Shown here piece by piece: positions 46,844-57,694 of a stretch of 64,000 bases of DNA. Made by a program: the position numbers and the translations under genes. Within the stretch, counting starts at the first letter, position 1. The number at the start of each line of letters is the position of its first letter. Source of the DNA: a virus. Location of the stretch: IMG/VR virus record IMGVR_UViG_3300022752_003639, positions 1 to 64,000 of that record; one strand, given 5' to 3'. The notes below the pieces were generated by a model. That model was not told where the DNA came from, searched no databases, and was given only the letters and a program-made list of their open reading frames with translations.

Positions 46844-49800
46844 ATGAGTAACGCCCGTCCTAATCTTGTTGATTTACCTGTTTTAACTGATCCAGATCCG
46901 GCTACAACGCTGTTTATTGTGCAGGATTCAGCAGTTAATCAAACCTTATCTGTAACTTTAGCACAAACTTTACTAGCACAAAAAGGTCCTACAGGGCCTC
47001 AGGGTCCACAAGGTATTACTGGCCCTACAGGACCAAGTGGTCCTCAGGGTATAACAGGGCCGCAGGGACCAATTGGTATAACTGGACCACAAGGTCCACA
47101 AGGCGTAACTGGACCACAAGGTCCACAAGGTCCACAAGGCGTAACTGGACCACAGGGTCCAAGTGGACCACAAGGCGTGACTGGACCACAAGGTCCAATT
47201 GGAGTTACAGGACCACAGGGCCCAATAGGACCACAAGGTCCCACAGGAGCAGGTGTTACAGGACCAACAGGTCCGTATAGTACAGTAACCAACAACCTAG
47301 AAGGAGGAGCCCTAGGTAGCATTCCATATCAAAATGCATCTAGTGTTACAGTATTTTTAGGTATCGGCGCTAATAATGCAATTTTAAGATCTAACGGAAG
47401 TATACCAACCTGGGCATCAAGTGGCACTGTACAAGTTGGATTTGCTACACAAGCCAAACAATTATATATTAATAATGTTTTAGATGATGCTATACCTGCT
47501 GTAAGATATCCGGCGCTTTCGGCAGGACCAAATGCGTTTGACGATGTCTCTGTTAACGCAAATTTATTTTACGACCTTTCTAAACAGAAACTTTCAGTCG
47601 GAGTAGTATCAGTAACATCAACAACAAATTCTACCAGTACCACTACAGGCGCATTTACAGTTTCTGGTGGTATGGCAGTGGCGAAAGATGTATTCATTGG
47701 CGGAAATGTAAGTATACTAGGTGCATTAAACATAGGAACTAATCTTAGCGTTAATAATGTTAATACATCTACTAATTTGGCAGGAGGTGTAGCAGGAGCT
47801 ATACCATATCAAACATCAACAGGACAAACTAGCTTTTTTGGTCCGGGTAGTAACGGTAATGTTTTAGTTGCCAATGGCTCAGCTATGCCGACGTTTAATA
47901 ATACATTAACATTATTCGGTTTAGCAAATTCTACTAATCAGTTTACCGGTGCTTTTCAAGTTAGAGGTGGTGCAGGAATAGGTCAAGCTCTGTGGGTAGG
48001 CGGTAAAATTGTTTCTTTAAGCACGGACCAAGCTACATCTACATTAACAGGCGCATTAGTAGTATCTGGGGGTGCAGGAATTGGTGGTAATCTATATGTA
48101 GCTGGTGAGATCGTAGCAGATAAATTAACTATTCAATACACCACTGTTACTACCACGTTGGTAGTAACAGACGACGTTATAGAAACTACGAATTCAACAC
48201 AGGCAATAAGCACCACGACGGGAGCATTAAAAGTAGCGGGCGGTGCTGGTATAGGTAGAAATTTATATGTCGGAGGTACTATATTTGGTACAGCTACCAA
48301 TGCCACTTCAGCAGCTAATTTATCAGGTGGTGCCCAAGGAAGTATACCTTACCAGACTAACATAGGTCAAACAGCATTTATTCCAATAGGCACAAGTAGT
48401 TATATCCTAGTTTCAAACGGTAGTACAGCAACATGGTTAAATCCTAACAACTTAAGTTCTGGCGCAAGTACAACGGCTTCTAACTTGTCATTTGGTGACC
48501 AATACTTAATCCCCTACCAAACAGGTCCAGGTAGTACAACATTTGAATACGGGTTTGAATATTGGTACAACGATAATTTATTCAGTGTAACAAATGTTGT
48601 TATAAATGGCACTATTGGTTCTCCTTCACCCAACACAGGATCTTTAAGAGTTTTGGGAGGAGTAGGCATAGCACAAAACGTAGCAGTTGGCGGGCAAGGA
48701 TTATTTGCCAACGGTGCTAATGCAAGTTCTACTAACAGTGGTGCAGTTATTGTAACCGGTGGAGTTGGTATTGGCGCAAATTTATACGTAGGTGGACAGA
48801 CTAATCTAGCAGGAATTAACACCGTAGTAAATGCAACAAATGCAGGCTCTACCAATTCAGGCGCACTACAGGTAGTAGGAGGAGTTGGAATAGGTCAAAG
48901 TTTAGTTGTAGGCGGACGCACGACTATTACTAATATTACATCAGCTACTTCAACAATAACTGGTGCATTTAATGTGTTTGGCGGAGTAGGAGTTGGCGGA
49001 GACATATTTGTAGGAGGAACCATCTATGGTAATGCCAGTGGTATTATTTCAACAGCTACAAATTTAAATGGTGGGGTAGCCGGACAGACACCTTATCAAC
49101 AAAGTCCCGGAAGAACCGTTTTCACAGGTCCAGGTAATGCCGGCGAAGTAATGGTCAGTAGAGGATCAGGAGGACCTGCATTTTTTAATACACTGACGTT
49201 GGATGGATTAACTGTTTCTGTAAGTACTTTGACAGGGGCTTTTCAAGTAAGGGGTGGAGCTGGCATAGGAGGAGATTTATATGCTAGTCGTATGCGAACA
49301 GTTTTTGGTACACAAGCTACATCAACTATAACAGGCGACTTAGTTACACAAGGTGGCGTAGGCATAGGTGGTAATTTATATGTAGGTGGCAATATTGTAG
49401 GTAACCTTGGTGTAGCTGTAAATACAGCCAGCCAGGTTAATACAGTTTCATTACCTATTTCAGGTACATATTATCCAACTTTTGTAGATTCAAACAATGC
49501 TTCTTCTAGTGGTGAATTATTATATACTACTAGCAGTGTTTCTGTTAACCCAAACAGTGGATTTTTCACAGCCAATGGAGTTTCTTTACCACAAAATACT
49601 GTAGGTACAAATTACTTCGGAGTTTCGGGTGAACCAACATATTATATTGGTCAAACTGTTGGTAACACAGACGGCTGGAAAATCTATGGCGAAAGCCCGG
49701 CAGGAAACGAAACAAGTAACTTTATTTTACAATCAGAAAACGATTACGATCAGAATGAATCTATAAGATTTAGATTTAAACGTACCTACGGCACATATAT

Positions 49801-50281
49801 TACTAATGATATACTTGTGGCAAAATATGATCAAGTTTATATTACCACAGGAACTTTCCAAGTAGGTTATACCAGTCCACAAGCAGGATCAACAGCATCA
49901 ATAAATGGTTCATTATATGTTAATGGTGAAATCAGAGCCACTGGAGATGTCACAGCCTATTATACTTCAGATGCCAGTTTGAAAGAAAACATAAGATTAA
50001 TTGACAACCCAATTACACTGATAAACCAAATTCACGGTTACTATTTTGACTGGAAGGAAGATTTTATTGAAAGTCGTGGCGGAGAAGACGGGTTCTTTGT
50101 AAGAAAGCAAGATGTTGGTGTTATTGCTCAAGAGATAGAAAAAATACTTCCGCAACTTGTCGCTACGAAACCAAACGGGCATAAAGCTATTCAATATGGA
50201 AAAATTATTCCATTACTTATTGAATCAGTTAAATATCTTGCGTCAGAAGTAGAAAATTTAAAAAATAACTTAAAGAAATAA
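46844..50281 (+). CDS. Tail fibre with collagen segment, internal repeats and C-terminal S74 intramolecular chaperone
   Basis: GXY repeats; ten GA.x.V.GG.GIG..L.VGG repeats; [10 protein letters not shown]...GVIAQE...[11 protein letters not shown]. Confidence 0.9.
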   Translation: MSNARPNLVDLPVLTDPDPATTLFIVQDSAVNQTLSVTLAQTLLAQKGPTGPQGPQGITGPTGPSGPQGITGPQGPIGITGPQGPQGVTGPQGPQGPQGVTGPQGPSGPQGVTGPQGPIGVTGPQGPIGPQGPTGAGVTGPTGPYSTVTNNLEGGALGSIPYQNASSVTVFLGIGANNAILRSNGSIPTWASSGTVQVGFATQAKQLYINNVLDDAIPAVRYPALSAGPNAFDDVSVNANLFYDLSKQKLSVGVVSVTSTTNSTSTTTGAFTVSGGMAVAKDVFIGGNVSILGALNIGTNLSVNNVNTSTNLAGGVAGAIPYQTSTGQTSFFGPGSNGNVLVANGSAMPTFNNTLTLFGLANSTNQFTGAFQVRGGAGIGQALWVGGKIVSLSTDQATSTLTGALVVSGGAGIGGNLYVAGEIVADKLTIQYTTVTTTLVVTDDVIETTNSTQAISTTTGALKVAGGAGIGRNLYVGGTIFGTATNATSAANLSGGAQGSIPYQTNIGQTAFIPIGTSSYILVSNGSTATWLNPNNLSSGASTTASNLSFGDQYLIPYQTGPGSTTFEYGFEYWYNDNLFSVTNVVINGTIGSPSPNTGSLRVLGGVGIAQNVAVGGQGLFANGANASSTNSGAVIVTGGVGIGANLYVGGQTNLAGINTVVNATNAGSTNSGALQVVGGVGIGQSLVVGGRTTITNITSATSTITGAFNVFGGVGVGGDIFVGGTIYGNASGIISTATNLNGGVAGQTPYQQSPGRTVFTGPGNAGEVMVSRGSGGPAFFNTLTLDGLTVSVSTLTGAFQVRGGAGIGGDLYASRMRTVFGTQATSTITGDLVTQGGVGIGGNLYVGGNIVGNLGVAVNTASQVNTVSLPISGTYYPTFVDSNNASSSGELLYTTSSVSVNPNSGFFTANGVSLPQNTVGTNYFGVSGEPTYYIGQTVGNTDGWKIYGESPAGNETSNFILQSENDYDQNESIRFRFKRTYGTYITNDILVAKYDQVYITTGTFQVGYTSPQAGSTASINGSLYVNGEIRATGDVTAYYTSDASLKENIRLIDNPITLINQIHGYYFDWKEDFIESRGGEDGFFVRKQDVGVIAQEIEKILPQLVATKPNGHKAIQYGKIIPLLIESVKYLASEVENLKNNLKK
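46985..47275 (+). repeat. Collagen-like Gly-X-Y tandem repeat
   Basis: GPQ/GPT/GVT/GIT triplets, near-identical GGACCACAAGGT units. Confidence 0.95.
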
Positions 50282-50294
50282 GCGGAGTTAGACT

Positions 50295-51050
50295 TTGGCT
50301 AGTACTATTACAAATTATAGCAATTCTATAAATGTTAATTTTCCTGTTCCAGGAGAAGATAATGACTCACAGGGGTTTAGGAACAACTTTTCTAAAATAC
50401 AGTCTGCTCTAGGAGTTGCTAGCAAAGAAATAACAGGGCTACAAAATGGATCAGTTAGCCTAACCACAACAAATGACTTTGGTGAAAATATTGTAAAAAG
50501 AGCAACTTTACAGGCCCCAAGTTTATTAACTGTTAACAATGGATCAGTCAGTGGAGTAGTAGAAGTAGATTATCAAACTGGTAGTTACCAAAAATATTCA
50601 GTTAACGTGAATACCCATACATTCACTGTGGTAAATTGGCCAAGTGACAATAAATGTGGTGTGGTAACTTTAGAAATAACTCCAAGTACTTCCAGTGTTA
50701 TAAACATTAACTTAGGCGGTATTACAACATTATTAACAAGAACAGGATTTCCTGTAAGCTATACTCAAACTACTCCTGTGATTTGGAATTTATGGAGTTA
50801 TGACAGCGGTAATACTGTATTTGCAGCTGAATTGGTGAATATGGCAATTAAAACAGACGGTAATGGCAATGTGTATACCAAATCCGGCACGACAGCAATG
50901 AAGGACGGATTTATTCGCATACCGTCTGCTGCTGGGGCACCAACAGGTGTACCAACTAGTATAGCAGGAACAGTTCCTTTATATTACGATTCTACCAATA
51001 ACAAGATTTATGTTTATAACGGAAGTTGGAAACAAGTTGGATTAAGTTAA
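50295..51050 (+). CDS. Probable virion structural (tail/fibre-associated) protein
   Basis: TTG after GGAG; FPVPGEDNDSQGFRNNF; Ser/Thr/Gly rich; follows fibre. Confidence 0.65.
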   Translation: MASTITNYSNSINVNFPVPGEDNDSQGFRNNFSKIQSALGVASKEITGLQNGSVSLTTTNDFGENIVKRATLQAPSLLTVNNGSVSGVVEVDYQTGSYQKYSVNVNTHTFTVVNWPSDNKCGVVTLEITPSTSSVININLGGITTLLTRTGFPVSYTQTTPVIWNLWSYDSGNTVFAAELVNMAIKTDGNGNVYTKSGTTAMKDGFIRIPSAAGAPTGVPTSIAGTVPLYYDSTNNKIYVYNGSWKQVGLS

Positions 51051-51292
51051 TGTATAACCCATTAATAAAAGATCTGAGCAAATTAAAAGACGATGATATA
51101 GAACTAAAAATAGCAGAACTTTTTAAAAAATACACAATAGCTGCTAAAATGGGTCAAGGCTTAGTTTGCGAACAGCTCAATATTGCCATATCACATTATA
51201 GAAATGAGCAAGCCAATAGGCACATAGAAAATCACAAAAAACTACAAGAAAAAAATAAAGATTTTGACGACTTAATTAACATAGACCGTTGA
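51050..51292 (+). CDS. Hypothetical protein
   Basis: Start moved to ATG 51050. Confidence 0.7.
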   Translation: MYNPLIKDLSKLKDDDIELKIAELFKKYTIAAKMGQGLVCEQLNIAISHYRNEQANRHIENHKKLQEKNKDFDDLINIDR

Positions 51293-51317
51293 CATTTAGC
51301 CCTATCTATAATATAAT
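51289..51317 (+). promoter_or_regulatory. Sigma70 promoter
   Basis: TTGACA-17-TATAAT. Confidence 0.8.
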
Positions 51318-51322
51318 AAATT

Positions 51323-51853
51323 ATGGAAATAAATTCATATGGTCAGGTTACTTTAAGCGAGGATGAAGCTGTTCAAGTTATATATTCAACAAAAACACAA
51401 GATTTAGGCAGGTTCTTCTTTGAAGAATCTGTAGTATCACAGTTTAATCATGCGTTAAACAAAAATAAAGATAATATTGCATGTATAAGGTCCATCCAAT
51501 CGAATAACTTAACAATGGAAGAATTTGATCTACATAATCAAGGCCATTGGTTTATGCCAAAAAATTATTGTCCGAATCTTATTGAAATGTTATATCAGTC
51601 TTGTGACACTGAAGAAAAACGTAATAGAGTAGAAAAAGAATTAAAATTATTTACTCAGCATAAAATGTATGACCTATTATATTACCTTAAATACTTGGTA
51701 GATACCATGCGAGAAAACAATATTGTGTGGGGTGTAGGCAGAGGTAGTTGCGTTGCCAGTTATGTATTATACTTAATAGGAGTACATAAAATAGATTCTT
51801 TGAAGTATCAGTTAGATATAAATGAATTTCTAAAGGAGTTAAAAAATGAATAA
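51323..51853 (+). CDS. DNA polymerase III alpha (DnaE)-like fragment
   Basis: RVEKELKLF...YLVDTMRENNIVWGVGRGSCVASYVLYLIG..KID matches the DnaE GRGS region; ends before PDxDxD. Confidence 0.8.
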   Translation: MEINSYGQVTLSEDEAVQVIYSTKTQDLGRFFFEESVVSQFNHALNKNKDNIACIRSIQSNNLTMEEFDLHNQGHWFMPKNYCPNLIEMLYQSCDTEEKRNRVEKELKLFTQHKMYDLLYYLKYLVDTMRENNIVWGVGRGSCVASYVLYLIGVHKIDSLKYQLDINEFLKELKNE

Positions 51854-52094
51854 AACATATAAATCGTTTCAAGGAAAAGAAGTTGACATGGAAAAAATCA
51901 TGCGCAATAATGAACTTATGCCTGCTGTAGGTAACGTACGTGTTAATGCAAGAGGCGATGAGCTAGGTCCAGGTGGAAAGATAATAAGAAAAAGAGAACA
52001 AATTGTAGCAGATTATTACGAAAAAACACCTGCTAAACAACGTGAAGAAATTAAACCAATAGAAAAAAAAGATAAAAAACCAACAGGAGTATAA
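51846..52094 (+). CDS. Hypothetical protein
   Basis: AAGGAG SD; NARGDELGPGG. Confidence 0.75.
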   Translation: MNKTYKSFQGKEVDMEKIMRNNELMPAVGNVRVNARGDELGPGGKIIRKREQIVADYYEKTPAKQREEIKPIEKKDKKPTGV

Positions 52095-52104
52095 GAGGAA
52101 AAAT

Positions 52105-52437
52105 ATGAAACTTAAAGGAAAAGTTATTCCATTGAGGGATAACATTATTGTTAGCGACATGAATTTTGATCATGAAATTACAAAAAGCGGATTATTCATA
52201 GCCAGTGACAACGGTAAAACATCTGGTATACATCCTAGATGGGGAAGAGTATTTGCTATCGGAAAAGATCAAAAAGATGTGATAATTGGGGAATGGGTAT
52301 TGGTAGAACACGGTCGGTGGACAAGAACAGTAGAATGGGAAGATAAAGACGGTAACACAAAAGAATTAAGAATGATCGAAGGTAAATCTATACTTGCAGT
52401 ATCAGAAAATCCACCTTCTGATGTACTACGAAATTAA
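52105..52437 (+). CDS. groES: GroES-like co-chaperonin
   Basis: PLRDNIIV, TKSGLFI, GRVFAIG, DVIIGEWVLV, ILAV. Confidence 0.82.
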   Translation: MKLKGKVIPLRDNIIVSDMNFDHEITKSGLFIASDNGKTSGIHPRWGRVFAIGKDQKDVIIGEWVLVEHGRWTRTVEWEDKDGNTKELRMIEGKSILAVSENPPSDVLRN

Positions 52438-52457
52438 TCAGAATTTAATAATATCAT

Positions 52458-52486
52458 TTGACAACTATTAAAGAAAATCTTATAAT
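52458..52486 (+). promoter_or_regulatory. Sigma70 promoter
   Basis: TTGACA-17-TATAAT. Confidence 0.85.
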
Positions 52487-52510
52487 CTATTATATGATAA
52501 TAGGTTAGAA

Positions 52511-52876
52511 ATGACATCAAGTAATCCCATAACTATACTTACCATTAACAATAGTGCAGAATATAATAGACGACGAAATGTAACAAAACAAAAGGCAACC
52601 ATGAAATCAAAATTTAAACGCTGGATTCGCAACTGGCTCAATGAAGAGCAAGTAGAGGCATTATCAGGCTCAAGACTAGTGGATTCTACAGAATTAGACT
52701 CAAATCAGCCTATGCGTATTACTATTCACAGAGCAGCAGGTGGTATGGTCGTAGAAACACGAACCTATGATCGTCTTAAAGATCGAAATAACCAAAACCT
52801 ACATATTGTCACTCATGAACAAAACCTAGGAGAAAGTCTAAGCAAGATTGTAACTATGGAGTCATTACGTGGCTAA
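52511..52876 (+). CDS. Hypothetical protein
   Basis: ORF behind promoter. Confidence 0.7.
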   Translation: MTSSNPITILTINNSAEYNRRRNVTKQKATMKSKFKRWIRNWLNEEQVEALSGSRLVDSTELDSNQPMRITIHRAAGGMVVETRTYDRLKDRNNQNLHIVTHEQNLGESLSKIVTMESLRG

Positions 52877-53789
52877 AGAACTTTGGACAGAGCGTTATAG
52901 ACCTAAAACAGTAGATCAGTATGTCTTTAAAGATAAAGCACAAAAACGACAAGTTCAATTATGGATCAAAGAAAAGTCTATTCCTCATCTGTTACTAAGT
53001 GGTGCGGCAGGCATTGGCAAAACAACATTGGCAAAAGTTCTCATAAATGAGCTCGGGATCGAAGATTACGATGTATTAGAAATTAATGCATCACGAGAAA
53101 ACAATGTAGAGACAGTAAGAGACAAAATTATTAATTTTGTTCAAATGATTCCGTTTGGTCCTTTTAAAATTGTTTTGTTAGATGAAGCAGATTATCTAAC
53201 TCCAAATGCTCAAGCCATACTTCGTGGTGTAATGGAAACTTACAGCAACCATAGTAGATTCATACTTACATGTAACTATCCAAACAGAATTATTCCTGCC
53301 ATACATAGTCGATGTCAGGGCTTTCATGTAGAACGTACTGACCAAACAGAATTTACTGCTAGGGTGGCAACAATTTTAGTCGAAGAAGAAATAGATTTTG
53401 AATTAGATGTATTAGATACTTTTGTTAAGGTTACCTATCCTGATCTTAGAAAATGTATAAACATGATTCAACAACATTGTGCTAACCAAAAACTTTTATT
53501 ACCAAGTACCAACGATAGAGAGTCTAGTGATTATAAAATAGACATGGTTGAATTATTTAAACAGGGTAAAATACAAGATGCTAGAAAATTACTCTGCGGT
53601 AAAGTTAGACCAGAAGAAATGGAAGAAATCTATCGTTGGATGTACGATAATTTAGAATTGTTTGGAAAAACAGATGAGACAAAAGATAAAGCCTTGCTTA
53701 TTATTAAACAAGGTCTGGTAGATCATGCTCTCATTGCAGATCCAGAAATAAATCTTGCGGCCTGTCTAGTCAAGTTGTCAAGACTATAA
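52869..53789 (+). CDS. Clamp loader AAA+ subunit (RFC small subunit / T4 gp44-like)
   Basis: LWTERYRP, GAAGIGKT, INAS, LDEAD, CNYPNRII.AIHSRC. Confidence 0.93.
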   Translation: MAKELWTERYRPKTVDQYVFKDKAQKRQVQLWIKEKSIPHLLLSGAAGIGKTTLAKVLINELGIEDYDVLEINASRENNVETVRDKIINFVQMIPFGPFKIVLLDEADYLTPNAQAILRGVMETYSNHSRFILTCNYPNRIIPAIHSRCQGFHVERTDQTEFTARVATILVEEEIDFELDVLDTFVKVTYPDLRKCINMIQQHCANQKLLLPSTNDRESSDYKIDMVELFKQGKIQDARKLLCGKVRPEEMEEIYRWMYDNLELFGKTDETKDKALLIIKQGLVDHALIADPEINLAACLVKLSRL

Positions 53790-53790
53790 C

Positions 53791-53838
53791 AATAAATCGA
53801 GCAGTATAAAAGCAGGCTGATCGTTTGCTCGATTTATT
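53791..53838. terminator. Inverted repeat between convergent genes, probable bidirectional terminator
   Basis: 13-bp perfect arms AATAAATCGAGCA/TGCTCGATTTATT, 22-nt loop. Confidence 0.7.
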
Positions 53839-53841
53839 ATT

Positions 53842-54597
53842 TCAAACCACTTCTTTATATATTTTTAAAACTTCTTTTACAACAGGATGCCTTTCTACAT
53901 CCTTTGTTTCGAATTTTGCCATAGCGATCATTTTTAAATCACCTCCTTCTTCTTGTAATTTGCAAAATTCAAACAAACCGTTTTCTCGAGGCCTATCTGC
54001 CTGACATAAATCTCCCGTAACTACCATTCTAGAATTTTCTCCGAGTCTGGTCAATAACATCTTCATTTGAGAAGGTGTGGCATTTTGCATTTCATCTGCT
54101 ATGACAAAAGCATTTTTAAAAGTACGCCCTCTCATATAAGCCAACGGCGAAATTTCTATAACTCCATCTTCCAACATACTTAATATTTCTCGAGGATGAT
54201 AGTATTCCTCGAAAACATCAAATATTGGTCTTGTCCAAGGTTCCATTTTTTGAATTAATGTGCCTGGTAAAAATCCGTGTTCCTCATCAACTGAAACAGC
54301 TGGTCGGGTAACAATAATTTTACTGGTTATACCTTCTTTAAGTAATTTTATAGCCATCTGGACAGCTAACATCGTTTTGCCTGTTCCCGCAGGACCGATA
54401 GCTAATATTATATATTTTTTTGGATTTATTAACAGTTCAAAATATTTTTCTTGAGACAGGTTTCTGGGAATTATACTAACTTGCTGTTTACGTTTTAGGT
54501 AAGGCTTAATCTGTATAAGGTTATTGCTCATTTCTTTTGAAAATCTAGGATCCTTTTCTAAAAAAGAATTCCGTTCACGACGCTTGGTTCTAGGCAA
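53842..54597 (-). CDS. phoH: PhoH-like ATPase
   Basis: GPAGTGKT, TRPAV, LAYMRGRT, DEMQN, TRLG, GDLCQAD, RHPVV. Confidence 0.95.
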   Translation of the reverse strand: MPRTKRRERNSFLEKDPRFSKEMSNNLIQIKPYLKRKQQVSIIPRNLSQEKYFELLINPKKYIILAIGPAGTGKTMLAVQMAIKLLKEGITSKIIVTRPAVSVDEEHGFLPGTLIQKMEPWTRPIFDVFEEYYHPREILSMLEDGVIEISPLAYMRGRTFKNAFVIADEMQNATPSQMKMLLTRLGENSRMVVTGDLCQADRPRENGLFEFCKLQEEGGDLKMIAMAKFETKDVERHPVVKEVLKIYKEVV

Positions 54598-54737
54598 TTT
54601 ACTCTCCTGATCATAATATAATGATCAACCTGCAAATGTATTTAAAATATGATTTTAAAAAGGCAATAAAATAGCCTAATTTTAATCATTGTATATAATC
54701 ACTCAAAAAAAAACTAAATACAGACAAGGATAATCAT

Positions 54738-55259
54738 ATGCATGACGTTCTAGACATTATTAAAAACCTACAAGTTATAAGTGAAAATAACGGTGCTTTT
54801 TCTGTGGTCAAAGATTTTGAAAGAGTATTAGACGAATTAGACATTTATGTATTTGATAATTGGGAAGATGGAGAATTAGTAGAGGGCCCGCATGTTAACA
54901 GACATGATATTACTTGTCAATTTATGTGGCCATTAAAGTCTGCTCCGGATCCAAAAGGAGCAAAACGATTAGTTGACTATGGTTGCGATATTACATATAA
55001 AAAAGACCATATTCTTATGCCAAGAAAAATAAAAGATCCTGGAGATTTCAGGCCCGGAACACGTAAAGGTAAAATAGATGCTCATCCAGTGTGGATAGTT
55101 ACAATTACGATGCCTAAAAAACTCATGCAGGATGTTGCAGTTGGACAAGAAAATAAAGAATCTGCTAGAAGAGCAGAATTAATGAAATACAATAGTATGG
55201 ATATGACTCAAGAAGCAGCAGCGCAACAAGCACCACAGGAGGCACCAGCTAATGCGTAA
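54738..55259 (+). CDS. Hypothetical protein
   Basis: AAGGA SD; TAAATA upstream. Confidence 0.8.
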   Translation: MHDVLDIIKNLQVISENNGAFSVVKDFERVLDELDIYVFDNWEDGELVEGPHVNRHDITCQFMWPLKSAPDPKGAKRLVDYGCDITYKKDHILMPRKIKDPGDFRPGTRKGKIDAHPVWIVTITMPKKLMQDVAVGQENKESARRAELMKYNSMDMTQEAAAQQAPQEAPANA

Positions 55260-55995
55260 ACATCTTAAAGAAGGATTGAGATCTGGAGATTTAAAGAATT
55301 ATATAGACAAACTTTTTACAGTAGACCAATATAAAAGTAAGATGGGCGAAGACAAAGATATTGTTGTTATAGGATTTAAAGTTAAAGAAAAACATCCTGC
55401 TATAGATCTGGTAGAATTTATAGAAAAAGGTTATGATTTTATATTAGATGCAGACATGAGCGCAGGAGAAGAGCACGATGGCAAATACCAAGTATTTGTA
55501 GAAATTCAAAGAACTCCTCAACTTGCTGAACAACTTGAAGAGCTATTAGACGGTGTAACTAAATTATGCGATTGCGAAAATTGGAGGTTCAGATACCAAA
55601 AAGCAAATCACAGTGTAGAATTTACCAAAGAATCATTAACAGAAAATGTTCCTTTAACACCACAATCCTATGAATCTGCTATGTTAGAAATAAAAGAATC
55701 AGATTTAAATGATTTTTTTGATCAAGGATCTGTGGAATTACAATTAACAGAAAATAATAGATTAACATTTAGAAAACCATTTGCTAATGACATTGAAACA
55801 ACTTTTCTAGCAATAGGAGATTATAATAATGTACTAAAAGCATTTCCTGGTGCTTTGAGATTAGATGAAAGTAGTCAAAGCCAAGTTATATTTTTAGCAA
55901 AGTATCTCGGAAACTACGATATTGACAAAATTGGTAATGTGTTTTTAATTAGAAATGGGGATCGTGCAGTTGTTTTAGAAAAAAATAGGTGGTAA
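55252..55995 (+). CDS. Hypothetical protein
   Basis: GGAGG SD; coupled. Confidence 0.8.
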   Translation: MRKHLKEGLRSGDLKNYIDKLFTVDQYKSKMGEDKDIVVIGFKVKEKHPAIDLVEFIEKGYDFILDADMSAGEEHDGKYQVFVEIQRTPQLAEQLEELLDGVTKLCDCENWRFRYQKANHSVEFTKESLTENVPLTPQSYESAMLEIKESDLNDFFDQGSVELQLTENNRLTFRKPFANDIETTFLAIGDYNNVLKAFPGALRLDESSQSQVIFLAKYLGNYDIDKIGNVFLIRNGDRAVVLEKNRW

Positions 55996-55997
55996 AC

Positions 55998-56621
55998 ATG
56001 TCCGAACAATCAGAACCTGAAGTTAACCTTTTGTTATGGATGTTAGAGACAACTATGGATTGGATACCAGCTGGTGTATGGCATCTATTAGTTATTGCAG
56101 GATTTTTAGGATATTTTTTAACATTTGTTATGCGATTAATTCCTTTTATGGGAATTTATGCATTACCTATTAGAATATTAAGTTTTGTTGTACTATTGGG
56201 GTCAGTTTATGTTGAAGGGGCCTTGAACTATAGAACTTCAGAAGAAGTAATAAACATAATAGAAGAAGGTAATAAAAAAGCAGAAAATATTACCGCTGAA
56301 ACAGACTCAACTGTAAAACAAGAAGAAGAAAAAATAGATAAAGAGAAAGATCAATTAAAAGATCAGGTCGGCGCTCTTTTTGGTAAAACAAAAGACTTAG
56401 AAGCTAAAGCAGCAGAAGAACGTAGAAAAGCGGCAGAAGCATCTGTTAACTTTAATAAGATGAGTTCGGCAGAGAAAGAAGCTTTTAATAATAAGTTTAA
56501 AGAACAAGAAGCAAAACATCAGAAAGAACTTGAAGATGCTAGAAGAGCTAATCAAGAGTGTCCTATTCCAAACGCCGTAGTTGACCAAATTAATAAAGTA
56601 GTGAAGGGAGAAAAGCAATGA
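55998..56621 (+). CDS. Inner-membrane coiled-coil protein, i-spanin-like
   Basis: Two TMs then long coiled coil; ends CPIPNAVVDQIN. Confidence 0.6.
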   Translation: MSEQSEPEVNLLLWMLETTMDWIPAGVWHLLVIAGFLGYFLTFVMRLIPFMGIYALPIRILSFVVLLGSVYVEGALNYRTSEEVINIIEEGNKKAENITAETDSTVKQEEEKIDKEKDQLKDQVGALFGKTKDLEAKAAEERRKAAEASVNFNKMSSAEKEAFNNKFKEQEAKHQKELEDARRANQECPIPNAVVDQINKVVKGEKQ

Positions 56622-56953
56622 GAATGCTTGGTATTATCTTTTGCACTTTATTAATTTCTAGTTGTGGGTTATTTGAACCTAAAGTAATACGTGTGCCAGT
56701 ACCTCCTCCGGATTGGCCACCTGCCAGTGTCGAACTAATGAAAAAATGTGAAGAATTAAAAGAACTAAAAGCTGGAAAAGAAGGTGAACCTGTACGATTA
56801 AATGATTTACTTAATAACTTAGTTGAGAATTATACATTACATTATAAGTGTTCTTTGAAAAACGATAGTTGGCAACAATGGTATAAGGATCAAAAGAATA
56901 ATTACGAAGAAACTGTTAATAAAAGCAAGGCAGCGATAACAGGATCAAAATGA
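56618..56953 (+). CDS. Lipoprotein, o-spanin-like
   Basis: Lipobox ISSC; Pro-rich PVPPPDWPP. Confidence 0.65.
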   Translation: MRMLGIIFCTLLISSCGLFEPKVIRVPVPPPDWPPASVELMKKCEELKELKAGKEGEPVRLNDLLNNLVENYTLHYKCSLKNDSWQQWYKDQKNNYEETVNKSKAAITGSK

Positions 56954-57354
56954 TTAGAATATTTTTTGCATTAGTACTATCGAGCTTTCTTTCAGGATGT
57001 GTACTATTAGATGCATACTTAATGACTAAATATGATCCTAATGAATATAAATTAATTACAGATATACGATCACAGGCACATAGATATAAAGAAGAGTGCG
57101 CTAATGTAGAACAAAGTAAAGATCATGCTAGGCATATTTTTACTCAAACTGAGTTGTTTATGATGTATAGCGAGCACGTACCAAGAAATAAAGATGTTCA
57201 AGCAGCCTCTAAAGAGTTAAATGAAATAGCCAAAGAGTTGCATGAAAGATATACTAAAGGGTCTGTTAGTATTATATTTTGTAAATTAAAATTTGATAAT
57301 ATAGAAAATAGTTCAAAACGTATGCAATCTATAATAGGGAGTAGGCCAAGATGA
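56950..57354 (+). CDS. Second lipoprotein
   Basis: Lipobox LSGC. Confidence 0.7.
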   Translation: MIRIFFALVLSSFLSGCVLLDAYLMTKYDPNEYKLITDIRSQAHRYKEECANVEQSKDHARHIFTQTELFMMYSEHVPRNKDVQAASKELNEIAKELHERYTKGSVSIIFCKLKFDNIENSSKRMQSIIGSRPR

Positions 57355-57680
57355 GTAGCGAAATTTGGGAAGAAAATTATCAATACTGTATGAATTGTGA
57401 TATAGAAATTATTAGAATTGCCAGCCAAGAAATTTACAATTTAAAACAAAAGTTTGATAATCAAGAAATTTCAGTAACTGATTTTTATTTAGAAACTGAC
57501 AATATAACAAAAAACACATTCAGTAAACCCGTACCTAATGGCAAATTACATGATCCTATAGCTTTAGAAAATGTAACTGATCTGTTTATTAAAATATTAT
57601 GTCATGTAAAAAACATTTCATATACTTCAAAGATCGAAGCTCTAATGAAAATTCAAGAAGAATACAAAAAAATTAATTAG
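57351..57680 (+). CDS. Helical protein, tandem paralogue 1 (SHOCT-like motif)
   Basis: ASQEIYNLKQKFDNQEISVTDF. Confidence 0.65.
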   Translation: MSSEIWEENYQYCMNCDIEIIRIASQEIYNLKQKFDNQEISVTDFYLETDNITKNTFSKPVPNGKLHDPIALENVTDLFIKILCHVKNISYTSKIEALMKIQEEYKKIN

Positions 57681-57694
57681 TTAAGGTAAAAATC

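Noticed and set aside
47044-47322. Minus-strand 92 aa GPC/GPV repeat ORF and + strand 46973..47236 alternative-frame ORF
   Set aside because: Shadows of the collagen repeat; no SD and no independent signal
53804-53825. Hammerhead-like ribozyme in the hairpin loop (CTGATCG)
   Set aside because: Lacks the CUGANGA/GAAA core and three-stem junction
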